A stretch of DNA of 64,000 bases from an uncultured bacterium (GTDB lineage Bacteria; Desulfobacterota_D; UBA1144; Nemesobacterales; UBA2774), in the NCBI GenBank assembly GCA_963825135.1, contig CAWGRW010000009.1, forward strand, positions 2,112,001 to 2,176,000. Direction: 5' to 3'. Of this stretch, positions 32,716-42,895 are shown one piece after another. Within the stretch, counting starts at the first letter, position 1. The number at the start of each line of letters is the position of its first letter. The notes under the pieces are model-generated. The model had not been told where the DNA came from. It worked only from the letters and a program-made list of their open reading frames with translations, and made no database searches. The translations under genes were made by a program, and so were the position numbers.

Positions 32716-33288
32716 ATGACTGATAAAAAACTTGAGAAGGCCACTTTTTCTGGAGGGTGTTTCTGGTGCATGCAGCCCCCGTTCGACAACCTTCAAGGGG
32801 TTATCTCCACCACGGTCGGTTTTACGGGGGGTAAGGAGAAGAACCCGAATTACCACGAAGTCTGCTACGGACGGACAGGGCACCTGGAATCTATCGAGGT
32901 GGTCTACGACCCGGAGCGTATCTCCTACGATGACCTGCTGGATGTATTCTGGCTCAACATAGACCCGACCGACGACGGGGGTCAGTTCGTGGACAGGGGC
33001 GGACACTATAAGACCGCTATCTTTTATCATAACGATGACCAGAAAAAAACGGCCGTGGAGTCGAAGAAGAAGCTCGGGGAGTCCGGGAGGTATAAGGCGC
33101 CGATCATGACGGAAATCAGGCCGGCTATGGAATTCTACCCCGCCGAGGAATACCATCAGAAGTATTACGAGAAAAACCCTATCGGATATTCACATTACAA
33201 GGTCGGCTCCGGCAGGGAAAGGTATATACAGCATATGAAAGAATATGAAATAAATACATCTCCGCCCGCTCCGGTCCGGGGACCGTAA
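32716..33288 (+). CDS. msrA: Peptide methionine (S)-sulfoxide reductase
   Basis: GGCFWC, TGHLE, GQFVDRG and FYPAEEYHQ. Confidence 0.95.
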   Translation: MTDKKLEKATFSGGCFWCMQPPFDNLQGVISTTVGFTGGKEKNPNYHEVCYGRTGHLESIEVVYDPERISYDDLLDVFWLNIDPTDDGGQFVDRGGHYKTAIFYHNDDQKKTAVESKKKLGESGRYKAPIMTEIRPAMEFYPAEEYHQKYYEKNPIGYSHYKVGSGRERYIQHMKEYEINTSPPAPVRGP

Positions 33289-33325
33289 AAGAAGGCGCGG
33301 CAAAACACAAAGGAGGAATTGCGAC

Positions 33326-33625
33326 ATGGCTGACGATAAGAGATGGTTCGAGAAGAACGCCCCCAAGATGGCCGAGGGCTGGTGGAGCTTCTATAACGCT
33401 GTCGAGGGGGAGACCGTGCTCGACAAGAAGACGAAGGCGCTGATAGCGGTGTCCGTGGCGGTTCACGGCAGATGCCCCCACTGCACTGAGTCCAGGATAA
33501 AGAAGGCGCTCGCGCTCGGCATCACCAAGCAGGAGATAAGCGAAACGATAATGGAGACGGCCCTTCTTTCCTCGGGGACCGAGATATTCTGGGCCAAGGA
33601 AGTTTACGACAAATACCTGGGATAG
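33326..33625 (+). CDS. Carboxymuconolactone decarboxylase/AhpD-family protein
   Basis: LDKKTKALIAVSVA...CPHC; SD AGGAGG. Confidence 0.88.
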   Translation: MADDKRWFEKNAPKMAEGWWSFYNAVEGETVLDKKTKALIAVSVAVHGRCPHCTESRIKKALALGITKQEISETIMETALLSSGTEIFWAKEVYDKYLG

Positions 33626-33744
33626 CTTCGTACCTTACGAAAGAGCGACTACCCTATATCATTATTGAATTCGGGGTATTATGAATGCGGCTGGGCTTTG
33701 CCTTGTTGTTTTCAGCGGCATGGGTATAATCATTTTTCCTCTGT

Positions 33745-33821
33745 CGGGGTGTAGCGCAGTCTGGTAGCGCGCGGCGCTTGGGACGCCGAGGTCGGAGGTT
33801 CAACCCCTCTCACCCCGACCA
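33745..33821 (+). tRNA. tRNA-Pro(UGG)
   Basis: Cloverleaf CGGGGTG...CACCCCG-ACCA; anticodon arm CGGCG-CTTGGGA-CGCCG; TATAAT upstream. Confidence 0.96.
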
Positions 33822-33846
33822 CTTTTCATATACCCCCTCGAACTCT

Positions 33847-35283
33847 TCATTGCTTTCTAAGCGAGACCGGCGGGAAATAAAGTCCTACGAGCTGTCGGTT
33901 CCAGATAGCGCCGGTCCGGCTCCGTTCCTCCGGAGTAGTGAAATGATATTCGTATAATAACGCGCGAACATACCTCGGCGGCTTATCTGGAAAGGGGTTA
34001 AACCGAAGAAGTCCCAGGACGGCCTTATCACCCTCTAAAAGTTTTTCCAAAAAACTTATGAACCACGGATGCTGGCTCGGTGTAGAGAGCGCGGCAAACC
34101 ACATCAGCCAGTCAAGCCGCAGGTGATAGGGCGCGATCTGCGGCGGCGTGCGGTTCACATCCCCGGGTTTTCCGATAAATTCATATTCGCGCCAACGTGT
34201 AGCATCCGTAAGCGCAGGCTCATCGGTCCCCTCAACAATCACTTCATAGCGCGGCCGTGTGATGGACCCGAAGGCGCCGTAAGTATTCACCAGGTGGAGC
34301 GGCTCGAAAGAAGCGTTCATTAACTGGTTTGGGGATATCATGTTGCTTACAGTAAAAAAACTTAATCCCGCTACAAGTATTGTAAGACATATTGTGGCTG
34401 ACAGATAAAGACGGCCGGGCTTGATAAGCTCGGGTGGGTGAATTGGAATAACGTGCTTCAACCATGAGTCGCTAATGGTGCTCAAAGCCAGAACCATCGT
34501 GAGTAGCCCCAGGAATGAAAAGTTCCCGCTGACAAAGAGCCACGAATGAAAGAATATGGTTATCAACCCTGCAACGGCGCTTATTTGAAAAGGCGCAAAA
34601 TAAGCAAATGGGACGACTAGCTCGGCGAAGTGATTAAAGAGCACTCCTGTTTTGTGGATCCATCCCGGCAGCCAGTGGAAATACCAGCTAAGGGCATTCG
34701 GCATCGGTTGGGTTTCATAGTGGTACTGGAGGCAGGTTAAATCACGCCAGCAGGCGTCGCCCCGAATTTTTATCAGTCCCGCGCCGAACATCAGCCGGAA
34801 GAGCAGCCAATTGAAAAGAAGGATTACAAGAAACGACGGTGTGGTTCTTTCGGAGCCCAGAAAAATCGCAAGAAATCCGGCTTCCAAAAGCAGTGTCTCC
34901 CAGCCGAATGCATAAAACGTTTGACCCACGTTTACAAAAGAGAGGTAAATCAGCCAGAGTGCGCCCCAGGTTCCCGCGGAGATAAAATTGCCGAATTTTT
35001 CCGAGAATCCCGAAAGGGCAAACAGAGAAAGCGAAATGCCGACCCATCCGAACAAATCAAAAGCGAAATTAGTCGGGAGCCAGAAGAAGATGCTCGGCGA
35101 ATCGATGAAACGCACCTGTTTTACGAATTCCGGAACCGGAAGAAGGCCGTGTTCCCCCAAAAGCGGCTTGAACTGATGAATGACGGCTATAAAAGCGATT
35201 AGATAAACAAATGCCAGGCCCCGCTGAAGGACAAGTCTTGTCAGCCAGTAATTATCTCTCCATAGAATCGTTTTTAAGTTCAT
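33847..35283 (-). CDS. Lipase maturation factor (LMF1)-family membrane protein
   Basis: FGWETLLLEAGF, LMFGAGLIK, CW..LTCL.YHYETQPMP, YGAFG and PYHLRLDWLMWFAAL. Confidence 0.92.
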   Translation of the reverse strand: MNLKTILWRDNYWLTRLVLQRGLAFVYLIAFIAVIHQFKPLLGEHGLLPVPEFVKQVRFIDSPSIFFWLPTNFAFDLFGWVGISLSLFALSGFSEKFGNFISAGTWGALWLIYLSFVNVGQTFYAFGWETLLLEAGFLAIFLGSERTTPSFLVILLFNWLLFRLMFGAGLIKIRGDACWRDLTCLQYHYETQPMPNALSWYFHWLPGWIHKTGVLFNHFAELVVPFAYFAPFQISAVAGLITIFFHSWLFVSGNFSFLGLLTMVLALSTISDSWLKHVIPIHPPELIKPGRLYLSATICLTILVAGLSFFTVSNMISPNQLMNASFEPLHLVNTYGAFGSITRPRYEVIVEGTDEPALTDATRWREYEFIGKPGDVNRTPPQIAPYHLRLDWLMWFAALSTPSQHPWFISFLEKLLEGDKAVLGLLRFNPFPDKPPRYVRALLYEYHFTTPEERSRTGAIWNRQLVGLYFPPVSLRKQ

Positions 35284-35635
35284 ATCGTTTTGTGATCACA
35301 TTCAGGACCGGAGACCGATTCCCTGCGGCAGATGCCGCAAGCGCTGTCATAATAGATCGTTATTGGGTAATTCGGTCCCTTATCCATTTCTAAATTATAA
35401 TAGGGGCTGTCCCGGATAACTAGTCCAAATAACCTTTAACCCATTGTCTGAGTTGCTTTAATTGCGATTGGGGATCAGGGTTATGAACTGCTCCCCTTCA
35501 TATTCCGCGAAGACCCCCCTATCCCTTGACAACCGAAAGCGATTTGCATTATATTGGGGGAGTGGGTCGTCGCGTCGTATTGAGATATTCTGCTTTTCGC
35601 ATTGAGACCGAAAACGGTTTTTCAGATACCATGGC

Positions 35636-36361
35636 ATGACCATTAGAGCAACACACCTTTTAGTATCTCTCATTGCTCCCGTTATTTTTGTGCTCGGCTG
35701 TTCGTCCACGAAATATGTGCGTATTGAAAATCCGTCGGAGAGGATAGTCAACGGCTGCATATCCATGCTCCCGCCCGCTCGGGGGGAGTGGTACGTGGAT
35801 AAGCACTGGACCGAGATACTGTACGGTCCCGAGCCTTGCGAGGACCGGCTGAGGCTCGCGAGCGGGGGAGGGCACGATCTCTACTATATCTATATCACGA
35901 CCGGGCTCAGGGAATGGAGCGATAAGCTCGACGATGAATATCTGTTGAAATGGGTCAGAAATTATCACGACAGGCAGTTAATAAAGAATAAAGAGCTCGG
36001 GGCGGAGGACATAGAATACGAATCCGGCACATGCAAACTGGCCGGGGCGGTCTGTGCGGAGGCGAGCTACGATTTCGTATCTTCCAAGCGCCTCCAGTTC
36101 AAGGCGGGCGGGCCCACTACGACGTTCAGGGACAAGGAGCTCAATCCGAGCGATAAGTACTTTTATGAAGTGGTTGAGTTCTACGTGTTCGAAGGTCCGT
36201 ACGACAAACTCGAAAAGGACAGGAACGCCTTTTATTATGAAGTCACGTTTCTGCATGTATCCGTGGATAAGATTAAGGACCCTGAGCTTAGGGAGAAGGC
36301 CTTCAAGGTCCTCGAAAATATAGAATTCAACCAGGATTGGGATAAGGAAGCTAATCGCTGA
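35636..36361 (+). CDS. Hypothetical lipoprotein
   Basis: Lipobox VLGC; no recognisable domain. Confidence 0.7.
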   Translation: MTIRATHLLVSLIAPVIFVLGCSSTKYVRIENPSERIVNGCISMLPPARGEWYVDKHWTEILYGPEPCEDRLRLASGGGHDLYYIYITTGLREWSDKLDDEYLLKWVRNYHDRQLIKNKELGAEDIEYESGTCKLAGAVCAEASYDFVSSKRLQFKAGGPTTTFRDKELNPSDKYFYEVVEFYVFEGPYDKLEKDRNAFYYEVTFLHVSVDKIKDPELREKAFKVLENIEFNQDWDKEANR

Positions 36362-36609
36362 GAAGAATCGAAAGACGAATTGTATCAGGCGGCCTGAAAC
36401 ACATAGTTGAATCCTCCCATAAACGAAAAAGAAGCGCACATAGTCCCATTTTAAACCCTCTGTAAGTTTTTCGGACAGATGACGCTGGCTCTCATCGTAA
36501 ATAACTGAGTAATATCAAATAGATGCTTTCGCTCGTTCCGTGGTACGATGATTGCACCTATTATCAGTAGCCGGAGGTCTGAGAATATGACCGGGGTCGG
36601 AGAAGCGCG

Positions 36610-38373
36610 ATGACTATTAAAATCAGTGACGATATAGACAGGGAAGCGGACGTGCCCAACGCGCTTTCGGGAGTGGACAAGATGGTCCATTCCACCATAA
36701 GCCGTTTTACGCTCGGCGTATCGCCCGCGGCGCTAATGCTCGCCTACCTCGACTGGCTCGTGCATCTGGGGATATCGCCGGCGAAGCAGCTCGAGCTAGT
36801 GCAGAAAGCGCTCAGAAAGGCCGTAAGGTTCTATGTTTATACCTCCAAGTGTGCGTCTCATTCGGGAGCGCAGCCCTGTATCGAACCTCTGCCCCAGGAC
36901 AGGCGGTTCAGCGGCGAGGGGTGGCGGCATATGCCGTTTAACCTGATGTACCAGTCGTTCCTCCTGACACAGCAGTGGCTCCACAATGCGACTACGGGGG
37001 TTGCCGGGGTTAGCCGTCATCATGAGGACGTCGTCTCGTTCGTCACCCGCCAGATACTTGATATATTCGCGCCCTCGAACTTCATACTGACGAATCCCGA
37101 AATACTCAGAAAGACGATCGAGTCCGGGGGCAATAACCTCTACAGGGGTTGGCTCAACCTGCTTGAGGACTGGGAACGGTCCGTGATCGGCAAAAAGCCG
37201 GTCGGGATGGAGGAATTCGAAGTCGGGAAAACCGTTGCCGTCACGCCCGGCAAGGTGATCTACAGGAATCGTCTTATAGAGCTTATACAGTACGAGCCCT
37301 CTACAAAGAGCGTCTACGCGGAGCCTGTACTTATCATCCCCGCCTGGATTATGAAATACTATATTCTCGACCTCTCCCCGCATAATTCTCTTGTCGGATA
37401 CCTCGTCGATAAAGGACACACGGTTTTCATGATATCCTGGAAAAACCCGGGGCCTGAAGACAGGGACGCGGGCATGGAGGACTACCTGGATCTCGGTATA
37501 ATGGAGGCACTCAGGGCCGTGTCCGTAATTATGCCCGGGAGAAAAATCCACGCCCTCGGTTATTGTCTCGGCGGGACGCTCCTCGCGGTCGCCGCCTCGG
37601 CTATGGCCCGGGACGGAGACGGCCGTCTCGGGAGCATGACCCTGCTCGCCGCCCAGACGGACTTCCATGAGGCCGGGGAACTCATGCTTTTCATCGACGA
37701 GAGCCAGCTCGCGTTTCTCGAGGATATGATGTGGGACCAGGGTTATCTGGACACGAAGCAGATGGCGGGGGCCTTTCAGATGCTCCGGTCAAACGACCTC
37801 ATCTGGTCGCGCATGGTGCACGATTACCTGCTGGGAGAGCGCGAGCCGATGTTCGACCTGATGGCCTGGAACGCGGACGCGACGAGGATGCCGTACCGCA
37901 TGCATTCGGAGTATCTCACGAGCCTGTTCCTCAATAACGACCTTGCCGAAGGGCGGTACCTCGTAAAAGACAGGCCCGTATCGCTCACGGACATAAGGGT
38001 CCCGGTGTTCGTGGTGTCTACGGAGAGGGACCACGTGGCTCCATGGCGCTCCGTTTACAAGATCCACCTGCTCACCGACACGGAGGTTACGTTCGTGCTC
38101 ACGAGCGGCGGCCATAACGCCGGCATAGTGAGCGAGCCCGGACATCCCGGCAGGAGCTACCGCATAGGGACGAGGAAAGAGAGGGATACGTACATCGACC
38201 CAGAGAGCTGGACCGCGAGAACGCCCGGGAAGGAAGGCTCGTGGTGGGAAGCCTGGGAAGCCTGGCTGAGGAAGCGCTCGGGAAATAAAGCCAAGCCGCC
38301 TCGCATGGGGGCTTCGAGGAAGGGGTACGCGCCTCTCGAAGACGCGCCCGGCCTTTACGTGATTCGGGAATAG
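36610..38373 (+). CDS. phaC: Polyhydroxyalkanoate synthase (class I-like, with N-terminal PHBC_N region)
   Basis: LAYLDW, ELIQY, IMKYYILDL, lipase box GYCLGG, DHVAPW and GHNAG. Confidence 0.95.
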   Translation: MTIKISDDIDREADVPNALSGVDKMVHSTISRFTLGVSPAALMLAYLDWLVHLGISPAKQLELVQKALRKAVRFYVYTSKCASHSGAQPCIEPLPQDRRFSGEGWRHMPFNLMYQSFLLTQQWLHNATTGVAGVSRHHEDVVSFVTRQILDIFAPSNFILTNPEILRKTIESGGNNLYRGWLNLLEDWERSVIGKKPVGMEEFEVGKTVAVTPGKVIYRNRLIELIQYEPSTKSVYAEPVLIIPAWIMKYYILDLSPHNSLVGYLVDKGHTVFMISWKNPGPEDRDAGMEDYLDLGIMEALRAVSVIMPGRKIHALGYCLGGTLLAVAASAMARDGDGRLGSMTLLAAQTDFHEAGELMLFIDESQLAFLEDMMWDQGYLDTKQMAGAFQMLRSNDLIWSRMVHDYLLGEREPMFDLMAWNADATRMPYRMHSEYLTSLFLNNDLAEGRYLVKDRPVSLTDIRVPVFVVSTERDHVAPWRSVYKIHLLTDTEVTFVLTSGGHNAGIVSEPGHPGRSYRIGTRKERDTYIDPESWTARTPGKEGSWWEAWEAWLRKRSGNKAKPPRMGASRKGYAPLEDAPGLYVIRE

Positions 38374-38439
38374 CGGGCGCACACGGCGCGGCGCTTGTAG
38401 CTGTACCCCTGCTAATTACAATATAATAGAGGTGAATAT

Positions 38440-38988
38440 ATGAAGATTGAGCTCATAGGAAAGGGAATCGAGATATCGGAAGACATAAGAAGCGTCACGG
38501 AACACGGCCTCTCAAAAATGGAACGGCATTTGAAGGAGATGGGGGAGGGCGAGGTCGAGGCAGTCGTCACCTTCACCGTGGAGAAACACAGGGAGAGGCA
38601 CCGGGTCGACATAGACCTCTATCTCAAGACTCCGGGTGGAGGGGCGCTCCACGCGTGGGAGGAGTCGAAGGATACGTTCATGTCGCTCGAATTCACGCTC
38701 GACGACATCGACAAGCAGCTCAACCGTCTCAAGGAGAGGCGGATCGAGATAAGGAAGGACATCGCGCGGGAGAAAGCGAAGCGGAGGAGCGAAGAGCCCC
38801 CGGTACGCGAGGCTGGGCTGATATCGGAGGAAAGACTCTCCATCGAGAAGCCGCTGTCGCCCGAGGAGGCGCTTATGGTGCTTGAGGACGAGGACAGGTT
38901 CTTTCTCGTCTTCAGGAACGGGGACACCGGCGACTTAAACGTAATCTACAGAAAGAAGTCGGGGAAATACGGGCTTATAACGCCTTAG
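38440..38988 (+). CDS. hpf: Long-form ribosome hibernation promoting factor (HPF/RaiA family)
   Basis: N-terminal RaiA-like domain and C-terminal KPLS.EEA...FFLVFRN....LNVIYRK..G.YGLI. Confidence 0.88.
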   Translation: MKIELIGKGIEISEDIRSVTEHGLSKMERHLKEMGEGEVEAVVTFTVEKHRERHRVDIDLYLKTPGGGALHAWEESKDTFMSLEFTLDDIDKQLNRLKERRIEIRKDIAREKAKRRSEEPPVREAGLISEERLSIEKPLSPEEALMVLEDEDRFFLVFRNGDTGDLNVIYRKKSGKYGLITP

Positions 38989-39039
38989 ATTCAATCTTGT
39001 GTAAAATAGGACGCAAATTTTTTTAACGAGAAGTGTCCG

Positions 39040-40485
39040 GTGAATGACAGGATGGAGCTAAAGAAGATTCACGATTACCTCTGGGAGATTCCGCGGACGG
39101 GCGGGATGCTCGTCCCCGGACGGATCTACGCGACCGAGAAGATGCTCGACGCCATAAGGGAGGAAAAAGCCCTCGATCAGGTGATGAACGTCGCCTATCT
39201 CCCCGGCATCCAGAAATACTCCATAGCCATGCCGGACATCCACTGGGGGTACGGATTCCCGATCGGGGGTGTAGCCGCGTTCGATGCCGAGAGCGGAGTG
39301 ATATCGCCCGGGGGCGTGGGTTACGATATAAACTGCGGCGTCAGGCTCATGAGGACGAGCCTCACGGAAGAGGAAGTGAGGCCCCAGCTGAGAGACCTCG
39401 TCACCGAGGTATTCCGCCGCGTACCCTGCGGGTTGGGCGCGGGCGGCAAGATAAAGCTTTCCCGTGAGGATTATAAACATATAATATCGAAGGGTATTAA
39501 CTGGGCGATAGGTAAAGGGTACGGAGAGAAAGAGGACGCCGAGAGGGTGGAAGATTACGGCACTTTCCCGGGGGGAGACCCCGATGCCGTGAGCGAGAGG
39601 GCCTACGAGAGGGGGAGGGACGAGATCGGCACGCTCGGCTCCGGGAACCACTTCCTCGAGATCGACGTTGTGGAGGAGGTCTTTAACCCGTCCGTCGCCA
39701 ACTCCTTCGGCCTTTTCAAGGGCCAGGTATGCGTGCTCATTCACTGCGGGTCGAGGGGATTCGGCCATCAGATCTGCACCGATTACATAGACGTCATGCT
39801 CTCCTACATGAGGAAGAAGAACCTCGACCTCCCCGACAAGCAGCTCGCGTGCGCCCATATTACGTCCGAGGAGGGGCGAAGGTACCTCTCCGCGTTCGCG
39901 GCGGCGGTAAATTACGCCTGGGTGAACAGGCAGGTCATTATGTCGTTCGTCAGGGATGCCTTCCACTCCGTCTTCCGTATAGGGCCGCGGGACCTGGGCG
40001 GAAGCCTCGTCTACGACGTGAGCCACAATATAGCCAAGTTCGAAACGCACAGGGTAAACGGGGAACGTAAGAAGGTATGCGTCCACAGGAAGGGCGCGAC
40101 CAGGGCATTTCCCAAGGGGCACCCCCTGATACCCGACATATACAAGGACGTGGGTCATCCGGTGCTTATACCCGGGGATATGGGCAGGGCGTCCTATGTG
40201 CTCGTGGGTACCGAGGCTGCCCTCGACGAAACGTTCGGCTCATGCTGTCACGGGGCCGGGCGCGTGATGTCCAGGACGAAGGCCATGAAGATCGGCAGGG
40301 GTAGGGACATTATTTCCGAGCTCGGGGAGAAGGGGATTGTTGTAATGGCCAAAGGCAGAAAAACTGTATTCGAGGAGATGCCCGAAGCCTACAAGCTGAT
40401 AGACGACGTCGTCGACGTGGTCCACAACGCCGGCATCGCGAACAAGGTCGCGCGCCTGAGACCTATCGGCGTGGTGAAGGGGTGA
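39040..40485 (+). CDS. rtcB: RNA 3'-phosphate/5'-OH ligase RtcB
   Basis: MPDIHWGYGFPIGG, GYDINCG, GTLGSGNHF, HRKGAT, PGDMG and HGAGR. Confidence 0.96.
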   Translation: MNDRMELKKIHDYLWEIPRTGGMLVPGRIYATEKMLDAIREEKALDQVMNVAYLPGIQKYSIAMPDIHWGYGFPIGGVAAFDAESGVISPGGVGYDINCGVRLMRTSLTEEEVRPQLRDLVTEVFRRVPCGLGAGGKIKLSREDYKHIISKGINWAIGKGYGEKEDAERVEDYGTFPGGDPDAVSERAYERGRDEIGTLGSGNHFLEIDVVEEVFNPSVANSFGLFKGQVCVLIHCGSRGFGHQICTDYIDVMLSYMRKKNLDLPDKQLACAHITSEEGRRYLSAFAAAVNYAWVNRQVIMSFVRDAFHSVFRIGPRDLGGSLVYDVSHNIAKFETHRVNGERKKVCVHRKGATRAFPKGHPLIPDIYKDVGHPVLIPGDMGRASYVLVGTEAALDETFGSCCHGAGRVMSRTKAMKIGRGRDIISELGEKGIVVMAKGRKTVFEEMPEAYKLIDDVVDVVHNAGIANKVARLRPIGVVKG

Positions 40486-40572
40486 GAGATATTACAGGCC
40501 GCTGTCCGAATAGAGGCCAGCCGCAAGATAGTTTCTGAATTCCCGTTCTGTGCTTTCCCTGATGCTTTAAAT

Positions 40573-41073
40573 TCACTCCCCCAGGCCCTTTCCCTCGGCC
40601 TCCCTGTCGCCGAGAGGCATTTCTTCCTGAACGGGCGCCTGGTCTTGGAGAGGGTATTCCTCTCCGGCCGGGCCCGGAGGCAACACTTCAGACGCCTGCC
40701 CGGCCGTCTCCGAGTCCGCGCCCACTTCTTCAGAGGCCTGATCATCCGTCTCCGAGTCCTGGTCGATTGATTCGGTCGGCGCGATATCCGACCCGACCTC
40801 TTCCGAGGCCTGCGCCGTCTCCGAATCGCATTCCTCCGAGGCCTGATCGTCCGTCTCCGAATCGGCCCCGATTTCCTCCGAGGCCTGGTCATCCGTCTCC
40901 GATACCTGATCGAGCTGCTCAGGCTCGGGGTCTATCTGAACCAGAGCTCTTTCATCCGATGCCCCGGCGGGTTTCGCGTCTCCGATGGCGATGCCAAACG
41001 CCGGATATGTAAATAGGACGGCGAACGCGGCCAGTAATGCGCAGGTTACGCTTTTTCGCAATATTTTTCTCAT
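40573..41073 (-). CDS. Secreted acidic repeat protein
   Basis: Signal peptide, LVQID motif and SETDDQASEExxxD repeats. Confidence 0.75.
   Translation of the reverse strand: MRKILRKSVTCALLAAFAVLFTYPAFGIAIGDAKPAGASDERALVQIDPEPEQLDQVSETDDQASEEIGADSETDDQASEECDSETAQASEEVGSDIAPTESIDQDSETDDQASEEVGADSETAGQASEVLPPGPAGEEYPLQDQAPVQEEMPLGDREAEGKGLGE
40684..40902 (-). repeat. Coding tandem repeat, about 5 copies of a roughly 14-aa unit (SETDDQASEEvgaD)
   Basis: Read directly from the translation; the DNA unit also recurs. Confidence 0.85.
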
Positions 41074-41223
41074 AATATCTCCCCGTTACTTTCTATCTTA
41101 ACAATTCCTTAACATTGACCTGTATCATTCTAAGGATAGCGCCTGTATGAGCATTAGACAACGGATGAATCGAGACGGCGTTTTGAACAGGGTGATATCA
41201 GCGGGGCGGCCTCACGAGAGGAT

Positions 41224-41252
41224 TTGAAATAACCCGCGCGTTTTTATATAAT
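41224..41252 (+). promoter_or_regulatory. Sigma70-like promoter for ppk2
   Basis: TTGAAA-17 bp-TATAAT. Confidence 0.5.
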
Positions 41253-41440
41253 ATCTGACGCAGCGAATCCGACCTGCCGAAGTGAAATTAAACCGTGTTT
41301 GCGTATAAATTAGATCATACTCGCCGCCCGCGTTTAAATAAGACAGACGGGGTGTGTTTTATATTTACGATTTTCAATGGTACGTTCATGAAATCTTTCG
41401 GGGCTGGTCTATGTAATGAAAGAAATGGAGGAAGACCCGC

Positions 41441-42328
41441 GTGAAAAAACTTACCGGCGACAGCGTGGAAAAGATCGAATCCCCGTATGAGGGGATAAGC
41501 CTCAAAGATTATTATATCGAGAAGAGGCGCCTTCAGCTCGAGCTGCTTCTCATACAGCAGAGCATAGTGAAGAACGGGGAAAGGTGGTGCGTATGCTTCG
41601 ACGGGCGCGACGCCGCGGGCAAGGGCTCGACAATACTCAGGTTTACGCAGAACCTGATGCCGAAGTACTACCACATAGTGGACCTCGGAGTGCCGACGCC
41701 TAAAGAGTCCAAGTACTGGTTCCACAGGTACGAGCAGCACCTGCCGGTGTTAGGCGAGATCGTGTTTTTCGACCGATCCTGGTATAACCGCGCGCTGATA
41801 GAGCCGACAATGGGGTACTGTTCTCAGAAGCAGTACGAGTATTTCATGGACAAGGTGCTCGACTGGGAGCACGGGATCATAGACGGAGGCCTCAGACTTG
41901 TGAAGTTTTACCTGTCTGTAGATCCCGAGCACCAGCTCTACCGTTTCCAGGAGCGCCTTACGGATCCGCTCAAATTTTGGAAATTCTCCGAAAACGATTA
42001 CAATGCCAGGAAGAAATGGGAGACTTTCACGAAGTACAAGGAACAGATGTTCTCGCATACGGCGTCGGAGAAGTCCCCCTGGATAGTCATTAATTCGAAT
42101 TCGAGGAAGACGTCGAGGCTTACCAGCATGCTTTATCTGGTGAGGATCTACGGCAATAATAAGTTCGTGCCGCTCACGGGAGAGGACGTGACCGAGACGC
42201 ATACGATTGAGATAAACGGAGTCGCTTTCGACGGACTCAACAAACTACAATATTCGGTACTGAAAGAACTGGCCGACGATCAGAATCTCCATGTTCAGGA
42301 CGTACTGACGGGACTGCAAGATGGATGA
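41441..42328 (+). CDS. ppk2: Polyphosphate kinase 2
   Basis: FDGRDAAGKG, FDRSWYNRA, KFWKFS and SPW.VI.SN. Confidence 0.93.
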   Translation: MKKLTGDSVEKIESPYEGISLKDYYIEKRRLQLELLLIQQSIVKNGERWCVCFDGRDAAGKGSTILRFTQNLMPKYYHIVDLGVPTPKESKYWFHRYEQHLPVLGEIVFFDRSWYNRALIEPTMGYCSQKQYEYFMDKVLDWEHGIIDGGLRLVKFYLSVDPEHQLYRFQERLTDPLKFWKFSENDYNARKKWETFTKYKEQMFSHTASEKSPWIVINSNSRKTSRLTSMLYLVRIYGNNKFVPLTGEDVTETHTIEINGVAFDGLNKLQYSVLKELADDQNLHVQDVLTGLQDG

Positions 42329-42791
42329 AGATATTACATTAGCCAATACACTGAACCTGCCCCGCGTCAGGTCAGCGGGGGGGCTCGTTTATAACGACAA
42401 TTACCACATCCTTCTGATATTCAAGCGCGGTAAGTGGGACCTGCCTAAGGGCCGTTTCGAGATGGGCTCCGACCCGCTTGAGACTGCGCTAAGGGAGATC
42501 AGCGAGGAGACCGGCCTCGACAAGAACAAGCTCACTATTCAGGGGAAGCTCGTGTCCACCTGGCATACGACGAGACACGAGAAGACGAAATACCTGAAAA
42601 AGACCCATTGGTACCTCGTCCACTATCACGGCGAGGATTCGGACGTAGCTCCCCAGTTCAGAGAGGGAATAATAGAGTGCCGCTGGGTGCACCTTCCCGA
42701 TCTCGACAAGTACCGGTCGCTCCTGCTTCCGAGGATAGAGTACGTAATAGATTTCTGGCTCCAGAACCTGGCGTACGCGCCCCGTTTCTGA
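42321..42791 (+). CDS. NUDIX hydrolase
   Basis: WDLPKG...TALREISEETG Nudix box; overlaps the ppk2 stop. Confidence 0.92.
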   Translation: MDEDITLANTLNLPRVRSAGGLVYNDNYHILLIFKRGKWDLPKGRFEMGSDPLETALREISEETGLDKNKLTIQGKLVSTWHTTRHEKTKYLKKTHWYLVHYHGEDSDVAPQFREGIIECRWVHLPDLDKYRSLLLPRIEYVIDFWLQNLAYAPRF

Positions 42792-42895
42792 CAAACTGCA
42801 GCGATCTGACACGAAAACAGGGTTTGACAAGGTACCTTGAACCGACGGGAACGACAGGCCGGGGGTTTGATGTCCGGAGTATTTATCCGGGCTTA

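Noticed and set aside
35402..35425. GGGGCTGTCCCGGATAACTAG as a possible IS end
   Set aside because: No partner inverted repeat or transposase was found.
26103..38373. phaCAB operon
   Set aside because: The thiolase and phaC are 9 kb apart on opposite strands, and no phaB is present.
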